DNA of 64,000 nt from Dipteris shenzhenensis (Eukaryota), in the NCBI GenBank assembly GCA_047967505.1, contig CM106538.1. One strand, 5' to 3'. Under the pieces are notes generated by a model that did not search any database, had not been told where the DNA came from, and worked only from the letters and a program-made list of their open reading frames with translations. Each line of letters starts with the position of its first letter. The stretch's first letter is position 1. A program made the position numbers and the translations under genes. This document shows positions 54,101 through 64,000 of the stretch, in pieces.

Positions 54101-55041
54101 AAGTTTTGAGATCTGCTCTATATCTTGCCTCTCCACAAGTAGGACACTCTCTTGCATCCTTATGTGGTCCACGAAATAGAACACAATCGTTGACGCATGC
54201 ATGGATACCCTTGTAATCTAATCCTCCAAGAGAGATCACATGTTGCCTTGCCATATCTCTTGAGGTCAGTAATTTATTCTCCCTTGAAAGCATTTAACAC
54301 AATGGCATGCACGTGAAGACCATAAATGAGAAAAAGCATTCAAGTAATTGACCCACTAGCATAATGAGAGCATAATTTACCATGTTTGCAAAATAGACTT
54401 TAAAGCTTACTTGAGTAATGCATTCAAACTTGCATTGCTCCATCCATAGATGGTCTGCAAGTTTAGTAACTCAAGGGAGGCACATAGAACAAAGAATGTG
54501 CACCCCTCAAATAGTGGAGTCGATGCTATGGTAAAAAGATTGTCCTGCTCCATGCTATCATCCCTACCTGAGGATTGATGGACATATAAATCCTGCACCA
54601 TATCATCAAACACCTCCTCCTCCATGGCCTCATGAGGTAATGCGGAGGGCTACTATCACCATCACTCCATGCATCGATAATGGTCTCTCCTGAAGATCCC
54701 ATCTCATATCGCCAATGCTTCGCCTCCTCACGACGAGCATAGAACAACATATGCGAGTGTGGTACTACATCCTATATTAAATGAAAACGAGATCATAGCT
54801 CAAACACATGAACACCCATAGGTATCTCAATCAACCTTAACTCTTTAACACTTACCATGTTTACGGTCGCATCCCATTCTCCATACTTTGAGACGTGATT
54901 GAGTGTAATTCTGCATGCACGATACATGTTTCCTCAACATCGATCACACATACATTTGATTTTTTTCTCTAACCACATTTCGCGATGGTGGATATGGAGG
55001 GATTCATCCTCACTGAAGCTACTTGTTGAAGATGAAGACAT
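51145..55041 (-). pseudogene. TnpD-type transposase of copy 3
   Basis: Collinear with 8980-12943; deletion near 53820 removes the YNLPP...LEPLIDEL segment; stops. Confidence 0.9.
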
Positions 55042-55789
55042 CCTACAAATAAACAACCCAAAAAATTTATTCTTGCATGAGTTGTAAATGTCAAAACTTT
55101 GTGGAGTGTCTAACACTGCATCTGTACTATGGAACGCATCTATAGGCGCATCTAAAACATGGTGTAGACGTGTTGATACACACATGTTTAGATGCACTGC
55201 TAGATGCGCTGATAGATGCGCTTTTAGATGTGCACACTGCAAGCTTATTTTTGAACCTACTTTTAGCGCACTTGCTTTCCTTCACATACTTTTAGCATCA
55301 CACGGCTTGCTTTCCTCTATTAATAAACATAGCTCCGGGCATCCACACTTATCTCCAAGCACCCACACTCATCTCCACACAAGAGAAGAGGGTAAACAAG
55401 GAAGAGAAGAAAGAGAAGTAGCTTTGAAGAAGGACAAGAAGCTTTCATACCTCTATCCAAGGTAAGTCTCTTGGCAGTTGATCTTCTTTGGAAGTTGCTC
55501 TCTTTGGATTCGTCCTTTGTCGTATGCAAGGACGGGATGTTTTTGCTACTAGTGTTGTTCTTTTTGTGATCGAGCGCATGTCCTTTTCAGTTTCTTTGAA
55601 AAAGGCGTTTGTCGGAGTACGTCTATAGACACGTCTAACAACGCATCTGACTTTTAGAAAAACAGATAGCCACGCCTATAGACGTGCTGTTAGATGCACT
55701 ATGATGGTCTTTCTTATGTGTTCTTCCCCTTCCCCTTCCCCTTCCCCTTTCTTTTCCTTCTCTTTCCCTTCCCCTTCCCCTTCTAAGAA

Positions 55790-56650
55790 AGGGATTGCAT
55801 GAATGATGGAAAGAGGTTGCATGAATGAAGAAAGGGATTGCATGAATGATGGAAAGGGATTGCATGAATGAAGAAAGGGATTGCATTCGTGTGAGGAAAT
55901 AAGGGATTGCGTTCTCTTTTTCTCTCCTTTCTCCTCTTTTTCCTTCTCTTTTCTCCTCTCTTTTTCTCTCTTACCTCCTTTCTTTTTTCTCCTCTCTTTT
56001 CCTCTCTGTTCGTCTCTTTTCTCATCTCTTTCCTTCTCTTTTTTTGTTTCTTTTTCTCCTCTCTTTTCTCCTCTCTTTCCTTCTCTCTTTCTCTCTTTTT
56101 CTCCTCTCTTTTCTCTTCTCTTTCCTTCTCTATTTTTCTCTCTTTTGTCCCCACTTTTTCTCTTTTCACTTTCTCTCTTTTTCTCTCTAATCTTGTCTCT
56201 TTTTATTTCTTATCTCCTCTCTTTTTCTCTATTTTTTCTCCTCTCTTTTTCTCTCTTTCTCCTCTCTTTTCCTCTCCTTTCTCCTCTCTTTTCCTCTCCT
56301 TTCTCCTCTCTTTCCTTCTCTTTTCTCCCCTCTTTTTCTCTCTTATCTCCTTTCTTTTTTCTTCTCTCTTTTCCTCTCTTTTCTCATCTCTTTCCTTCTC
56401 TCTTTTATCCCCACTTTTTCTCTTTTCACTTTCTCTCTTTTTCTCTCTTATCTCATCTCTTTTTCTCTCTTATCTCCTCTCTTTTTCTCTATTTTTTCTC
56501 CTCTCTTTTTCTCTCTTTTTCTCCTCTCTTTTTCTCTCCTTTCTCCTCTCTTTCCTTCTCTTTTCTCCTCTCTTTTTCTCTCTTATTTCCTTTATTTTTT
56601 CTCCTCTCTTTTCATCTCTTTTTGTCTCTTTCCTTCTCTCTTTTTCCCCA
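55790..56650. repeat. GATTGCATGAATGA tandem repeats plus CT-rich low-complexity expansion
   Basis: Read directly; absent from the equivalent position in copies 1 and 2. Confidence 0.9.
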
Positions 56651-56832
56651 CGTGAAGCTTCAATAGCTTGACATTGAGCAAGTAGATATAGACTTCTGTC
56701 AGTCTAATTCAAAGAATGTAGGAGTCTGTAAATGCTTGCTCAATGTCAAGCTGTCACTCTACTTTTTCTTTTGCATCTCATGACAAGGGCATGCTCGATG
56801 GTAATCTTCTTCTTTCTTTTCTTCAGTTCATC

Positions 56833-59800
56833 ATGTGACCAAGAAGCACTTTAGCCTCACCTAATCTTCAGGATGCCATCTTTCGAGAGTTATATAACAT
56901 TTTGGGGCACCCTCCCACTCCTAGGGAGTTATACACATACATGATGGGTACTACAAACACCCCCCAGGAGTCAACAGTATAGACTCCAAACCACCCCAAT
57001 CCCACACCAACTGAGATTACCCCAGTGGAGTCGAGACAACCCACCTAGCTACAGAGTCGAGCCCCTTCTCCCCCCCTATAGTCAAGAGGTCCTTCTGCCT
57101 CGCAGAGCCGTCGGCATACTCCCGTGCAGTCGAGAGTCGCTTCTCCAGCTACAAGTGGCCAATGTAGTCTCGTGTACTTGAGAGTTGCTTCTCTAGCTAC
57201 GAGTGGTCAACGTACTAGCTCGACACGATAGGGCAGCAGGCATAGTAGCAACAGGAAGAGCAGTGGGGGATGCATGGCACATTGTTTTGGGGGGGGTAAT
57301 GGTGGGGGCGGGGATGATTCAGATGATGCAGACATGCCAGAGGGTGATGGTATGATGTTCTATGACATCATTCAAACATGAGGCATCTTGATGGATGCAC
57401 GGGGGAAGGACATCATGGCCTTCAGGTGCTCCATAATTGCTAACTACAGAGATTGCTTTATTCACTACAAAGACCATCTAAAAAAGTTGGCTAATGATAC
57501 CCTTGCTGATGTTCGCTCTAGGTATCCCAATCCCCCCAATGTTCAATTCACAAATAAATGGGCCAAGTCAAAGATTGTTGGGATACTTGGCAATAAAAGA
57601 TCTTCGCTTAAGAGGCAGGCACTAGCTGAGATTACCAGGAGAGAGGGAGTTTAACCACCAAGGAGCTAGCCCCACACCGCTCACAAGCATGAGTGGAAGA
57701 AAGCAATGAAGGCAACGAAGGTGGACCCTAGTCTGCAGCATGTGGAGGCACGAAGGATCCAAATGGAGCAATATGGAAACATGCATTTTGAAGCAAGGGG
57801 TGTTGAATCATGGGAGGCCCAATTTGTAAGTATCGATCTCAAATTATATTGTTTATGTGGTTTATTAGGAGGTTGTTTCTTTGTACTAACCCCTTTGCAA
57901 ATTGTGTCATCTTGCAGCTTGATATCATGGGCAGGTACTCTACTCATGTCAAGACAGCCTACCATCGCCACCATCACAGAGGAGATACATGGAGGCACTT
58001 TTATGATGATGGGTTTATTACTAAGGAGTAGTATGTTCAGGCTACTGGAGCGCCCCCCCATGTATTTAAAAGTAATTAAATAATGTCAATATTGTAAATA
58101 ACTGACCAAAATATCATTGGTATGTCTAGGAGCTCTGGAAATATCAAAGACCTGCACTCCTCTCCATAAGATCTGTAACTCCTCTATCAAAGGTGCCATG
58201 TACACATCCATATTTTTGGCCTTGTACTTCCCTGGCACAAGTACTGCAAGCATGAGGTGCCCCCTCTTTATTGTTAGCCATGGTGGGATATTGTAATTTA
58301 CCAAGACTATGGGCCATGTCAACCAAGATGTCGAGCATAACCCGAAAGGATTCATGCCGTCCATGGTGAGCCCAAGATGTAAGTTGCGTGGCTCCCTCGC
58401 AAAGTCCAGACATTGATTGTCTATGTGCTTCCAAGCTACACAATATACAGGAATCCTTAATGTGTCATTAGTGGACCGATGAGATGCATGCCAAGTCATC
58501 AACTCCGTATGGATTTGCATCGAAACATGTGTTGTATTCTTGCAATGATGGGAAAGTGTCTCAAGACCTTTACCGATATCTACTCACCCTGCAAGTCATC
58601 TCTATATCATTGTTCACCACACTTCAGAAAACTAGCCAAATCTCCATGCTCACGACGAAAGAGAATACAGTCATTATAGCAAGCATGGATGGTATCATAA
58701 TCCATACCCACCATTGTTAGAATCCTCTTTGCTTTATCTCTTGATGCGGGCATGGTATTTGGTGTAGGCAACATCTTCTCGAGCAACCTATCACAATTCA
58801 AACATACATAGGCTTCGAATAATGATGATTCTCAAAGAAACAATGAAGTCATGTCACTAATCCCACACCTTAGAATACCTGTAAGACATTGAGCAAGCTT
58901 AGAATCCTACAGCCTGACATTGAGCAAACATTTACAGACTCCTGCATTCTTTGAATTAGAGTGACAAAAGTCTATATTTGTTTGCTCAATGGTAGGCTAT
59001 TGAAGCTTCACGTGGGAAAAAAGAGAAGGAAAGAGAGAGAAAAAGAGAGGAAAAGAGAGGAAAAGAGAAAAAGAGAGGAGAAAAAGGAGAAAAGAGAGAA
59101 AAAGACAGAAAAAGAGAGGAGATAAGAGAGAAAAAGAGAGAAAGTGAAAAGAGAAAACGTGGAGATAAAAGAGAGAAAAAAAGAGAAGGAAAGAGAGGAG
59201 AAAAGAGAGGAAAAGAGAGGAGAAAAAAGAGAGAAAAAGAGAGGAGATAAGAGAGAAAAAGAGAGGAGAAAAGAGAGAATGATAAAAGAGAGTCACAATT
59301 CAAACATACATAGGCTTCGAATAATGATGATTCTCAAAACAAACAATATCCAAATAATGAGTCAAATTAATGCGGGAGCTAACCTCATTAAGGCTGAGAC
59401 ACTTGTATCCGACCACCCATAGTTTGCTTGCAAATTCAAGATTGAGAAACAAGCCTGTAGTTTAGACATCCTAGCACCCTCGTACAACTGTGTTGATTAC
59501 AACTCTTGCATATTGACCTCAAACTCTGACATCAAGTGTACATGGGATGTAGTGCCCGTGAAAATAGAATCCATCATGTCCACCATACCCTTGTCATCAT
59601 CTAGCAGATCTGGGAGACTATATTCTTGCTCAAAGTGTGAAGGTATATGCGCACCCTCGCCACCCTCCTCATCCTATCTCAAGATTTCATGTAAATATAA
59701 GATCTTGTCTCAAGGTTTCGTGTCATAGTGATATCCAATATTAATCACAAACTCAAATAGCATTGATTTATCGGTGATCCATCGCCAGGTGCAACACCAA

Positions 59801-60469
59801 CGGTGGGTACTGGTTCAGGCTCCTCCCCATACATCCGTAAGTGGCGCATGACAATACGACATTGATGTCATACTTCTTGCTTGCAATGAGTGCAATGACA
59901 ATACAACCTCTCTGTAAGCTACTCTACACTCTCGAGCTTCCACTCGTCCCTTCCATCTGCACACTTCCAAAATCACAACATGAGCTGCTGGAAATCTATT
60001 AAGATATAAAAAATAGCCACCCATGAGCTCCTTTTCTCTCTTCTGATAATAAGTGCCCTGAACCGTCACTATATATCGACACTTTGCCCTATTCCGTTGC
60101 TATATAGTGACACTTTCTGGATATAAACATCGCTATATAATGACTGACCAGCATCACTATATAGCGACGCTAGGCGCTTAAACTTGAAACCCTGCATGAC
60201 GCTTTCTTTCAAATCTCTATTGCCGGAAAAGCAAAAATCTCTCCTTCCACCTTAGATTTGATGACCTCACTTTCCTCCTCTCTATTCCCCACTCTTCATC
60301 CCTACCCAGCCCCTCTCCCAATACTTGTGCTCCCTCTCCACCCGATTTGATTTTTCATACACTGATACATGTTGTCCCTCGTTTACAGGGCCCTACGACT
60401 GATCAGGAGGAAGAAGATGAGGAAGAAGGGAGCAAAGAAGGGAGCGAGGATGCGAAGAACTTAGATTAG
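56833..60469 (+). pseudogene. Accessory gene of copy 3, last intron expanded by a foreign segment
   Basis: Homologous to 13824-15276; final exon resumes at about 60389. Confidence 0.7.
58090..60345 (-). mobile_element. Internal fragment of a different CACTA transposase (family-B-type repeats), no termini
   Basis: LYCHCTHC, IHACYNDCILF, LHLGLTMDGMNPF, YNIPPW, DVYMAPLIEEL; CGCTATATAGCGAC-type repeats at 60065-60170. Confidence 0.8.
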
Positions 60470-63400
60470 TCGTAGAAGTAGTGGTAGCTACTCTTTTTTG
60501 TACTTGAAGCCACTGGCTAGGCTTCGTGTCTCGCTTGTATATACACTCCTCTTATTTTTTGTAGAAGCCACAGGACGTGGCTTGGCTTCGTGCTATATGT
60601 ACATACAAGCATTTTTTGAGCTATGAATTAATATACACTCCTTTTTTTTTTTTGGGCTTTTAATTTGCTTGTGCAACATTAATGAATGCCTTGTGAACTA
60701 AACGTTTTGGAGTTGTAATGTTTTATTTGAAATTGTAATCATCGGCTATAAACATGCTTGCAATTGTGCTAATTAAAATGCGGTTGGCTCTAAGAATTGA
60801 ATTGCACAATGTGGAAATGGGATTCTTGTAACTACATAGCATACATAGCATTCTATTCAACCACACAAAATTTTGCTTTTATTAAAAAAAAGATTCTGTA
60901 GAGCATCTATAAGCACATCTATGTACGCGTCTTTCTATTTTTTAAAATTTCTAATAGAGCATCTAAAAGCGCGTCTATAGGTGCATCTATAAGCACGTCT
61001 GTCTATTATATAGACACCCCTATAGACAAGGGTCTATAGACGCACAAATAGATGCACCCTTAAGTTTTTTTTTAATTAAGGAAACGCGTCTGTGGGCGCT
61101 TTGTCTTATTATGTTATACAATATCCAAAATTCAAAAGTCTAAAATCAGAGATAACATCTGAGTCAATGAACAAAGTTTTAGAGCATTTCAATGCAACTA
61201 GTGCACAGGGAGTTTGTGATACTGCAGGGATAAGTACAAGGGCATATCGGCTCATATTTAAGAGCTTAAAAATAGCATGTCTTTCTATGGGAGCAAAAGT
61301 TAAAGCCCCGCTTCCTAAACCAACTGATGTTGATAAGGTAACCATGCACTCAATTTGGGCGTACTTGATTTAGTCGGTGAGCCCAGCATGTATGTAGTAT
61401 ACTAACTTTGAAAACAAAGGTTGGAGAGACTAAAGAATTGGAATTGACACTCAATAATAACTTTGTGATGGATGTTCAAAGAGTTTTGCAAGCCATGGTG
61501 AAGTTTTTTGATATGCCTATGGAAGAATGCAATGGTACTCTGAAGATTGTGCTAAAGCTTGATGAAAGTGAGATGGTCAAAGGTCAAAAATTACGAAGAG
61601 TTAGTTTGACAATAATGAATAGAATATTGGACCTTGAAGTTGAGCTTGATGATGTAAGACAATTCAGTGTGCAATCAGAACAAGAGATTTGGTGGTTGGC
61701 TACCTTTGAGGTATGATGGAAATTTGTATTTTAATGCAATAATGCAAAAAGACTTAGAATATTTTTAAATAACATGTGAGTTTTTTTTGTAGGTGCCGAA
61801 AGAGTCACATTCACAATAGGCCTCTGAACTTACAGAGATAGATCAAACTAAGGCACCAGATAGGGATGCTCAAGGGAATGATCCATCATGGAGCCCAATT
61901 CTTGAAATTCCTCTTGAGCGAGTACACATTTGTGCGCTTCATGCTATTGTGAGAATAAGTAAAAATTTGGTGCATCTGTACATCATTGATGCATATAACT
62001 TGAAGCCCCAACAAGAGAGTGAGAGGATGACTACGCTCTGGGCAAGTAAAGATTACAAAAGATGAGAAAAGATTTGGAAAAATAGGCAATGTTCTTTGTA
62101 AGCCAAGCTTTGGTGGTGTCAATGCTTTAAAATTCGTTTCTGCAAAGAAGAAGAATGATAAGCTCAAACGTGCTAATGAGTTTGATGTATGGAGGAAGTC
62201 ACACAATGCATGTTGTGAACGAGGGGGGAAGGGACAAAAAAGACTGGAAAAGGCACAAGTGTGGTTAGCTCTTGATAGCTTGGTACCTTTACTACAAAAG
62301 AAAAGATTCGAAGAAGATGATGCACAGTGTTTCATCAATGTTGTGAATGACTTTAGTCAGAGTATGGAGATAGCTTGGGGAAAGAATCATTTCACACAAT
62401 ACATGGTAATCTCTAACTTGGACATTGAGATGTGCATATTGAATGGTCCTATATTTACTGATTTGTTTTTCTATTTGGCAGCACATTTTATATGCTCATG
62501 CACCATACGTGGCATGGAAGCATCGGAGTGTGGTCCACTCAGGGCATGGAAAGATTGCATTGGCAAGCATGTTGTGCATATAATAGAGTGACCCAACACG
62601 GGGGTGGTAGAACTAAGTCAAGCCCAATGGTTCAATTGGTTCAATGGTGGTACAGGCGTATCGAAATAAGAGCACCTGCAACACTAGCATTCAAAGAGTC
62701 CTTAGTGTCCCATGCAGTGCAAGATATTAATGCGGAACATCGAAGAAGAATATACAACTCATCGAATGCAAGATAGAATCATTCAAGGTGGTGTGCAACC
62801 CATCATAGACAAGGGTGCATATGGGTGGAGACAAATGAAAATGATGGTGTACACTCTTCCAATGTGAATGCCCATGCATAAGTTTCAAAATTTCTTTGTA
62901 ATTTTGGTTATGTGATTTGCAGTAAAGCCAATGTATAATGGACATGAGTTGCAGTATAAATGAGAAATTTTGTGTTATTGGATGTTAATTATAAGTATTT
63001 AGCTCAAGGTTACACTAATTTTATTTTTTTAGGGTTTTTATTGAAACAAGTATTTTTAAAAATTAGGGTTTTTGTCCCTATATAAGAGAATGCGCCCTCA
63101 TTTTCATTTCATTGTTTAAAGAGCTCTCCACTCCCACACCACCTCTCACTTGCCCCTAAAATTTCCACCCTATCTCTCACACCCTCACCCTTTCTCTTGC
63201 ACATTCTCTCCATCCCCCATGGCTAGGCCCGAGATCAAGGCACATTAGGGGAGAATTGGGGTCTTCAAAGGGCCCCCAATTAGTGTTTCCTAATTTCAAG
63301 GGATTAGTGAGGTATTTGAGGTGTACCAATGGGAGTGCTCCTTTTTGTGGGGCAATGCCATGTTGAGGTGGAGGGTGTGGGCAGACCTGTAAACAACCCC

Positions 63401-63679
63401 TATTGGCTACTCCTCTTACTCTGAGGACCACTCAAACCATCCCCCCTCCCCCTCAACCCATGCTTGACCCTTCTCCCATATGCACCTCCTCCAAACAAAC
63501 CTACAAGTCATTCAAGAGGCGGTGGGCCCTTCTGGGCAAATTTTTCCCCCCTCTCAGCTTGTTACAGGCCTGCCCCCTCCTTTTCTCTAGTCCAGCTCCA
63601 TTCTCCCTCCATTTTTCAAATGTGGGAAGTCATTTGGCATCTTCTCTGCCCCCTCCTGCTCTGATCCACTGTGTTTCTC

Positions 63680-63930
63680 CCTCTCCAGCACCTCCTGTAG
63701 CAGCTGCTCACTCTCTCCATTCCTAGCTACAACACCTCCTACATCAGCAGCTGCTCATCGGGCCCTTTGCTCTTTCTCCCTCCATTCCTAGCTATAGTGC
63801 CTCTCGTAGTGGCTGCTCATCCCCCTCTGCTCTTTCTCCCTCCATTCCTAGCTACAACACCTCCTAGAGTAGCTGCTCATCCCCCTCTGCTCTTTCTCCC
63901 TCCATTCTTAGCTATAGCACCTCATGGAGC
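63680..63930. repeat. ~60-bp tandem repeat
   Basis: CTCCATTCCTAGCTA...GCTGCTCATCCCCCTCTGCTCTTTCTCC recurs near 63715, 63780, 63840, 63900. Confidence 0.8.
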
Positions 63931-64000
63931 TTCTCTCAACCTTCAGTTGCACCCTCTATACCTTCTCCCTCTCTCTCCCTCTATTGGAGCTGCTCTCTCC

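Larger units (their letters stand above)
50778..61113. mobile_element. CACAA-terminus element copy 3 (10.3 kb with internal additions), TTA TSD
   Basis: Left CACAACAAGACAAAGCAACTATAGA; right GCTTTGTCTTATTATG (two G>A changes from TTGTTGTG); TTA at 50775-50777 and 61114-61116. Confidence 0.9.
50006..62776 (+). pseudogene. RAG1/Transib-like DDE transposase pseudogene, split by CACAA copy 3
   Basis: Removing 50778-61116 rejoins KKILESV-IQYPKFK in frame; downstream KIVLKLDES, SVQSE..WLATFE/VPKESH, IPLERVHICALHAIVRI, KPSFGGVNALKF, FTQYM/HILYAH, HGSIGVWSTQGMERLH; GT-AG introns 61711-61792 and 62406-62481. Confidence 0.75.

Noticed and set aside
55783-56671. Long Phe/Ser/Leu or Lys/Glu/Arg ORFs (also 58986-59422, 37164-38350)
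   Set aside because: Artefacts of CT/GA low complexity lacking stop codons

Overview
Land-plant nuclear DNA; intron style, TE content and CpG depletion suggest a large, heavily methylated genome, possibly a fern or other non-flowering plant (inference). One intact host gene is recognisable: a single-exon SUPERMAN/RABBIT EARS-type QALGGH C2H2 zinc-finger repressor with an EAR motif (20834-21763, +) in a CpG-retaining island. The rest is layered, decayed transposons. (i) An En/Spm (CACTA-superfamily) family with non-canonical CACAA...TTGTG termini and 3-bp A/T TSDs: four copies, two complete (8525-15836, 50778-61113). (ii) A second CACTA family with canonical TAGTG end. (iii) A LINE split by a 4.5-kb CATTA-ended TIR element. 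(iv) Ty1/copia pieces joined through one LTR. The most notable signal appears when the 50778-61113 insertion is removed: an intron-containing pseudogene (about 50006-62776) whose motifs line up in order with the RAG1/Transib DDE transposase core, a group not among the standard plant DNA-transposon superfamilies. All protein comparisons are by eye from remembered motifs; no searches were run.
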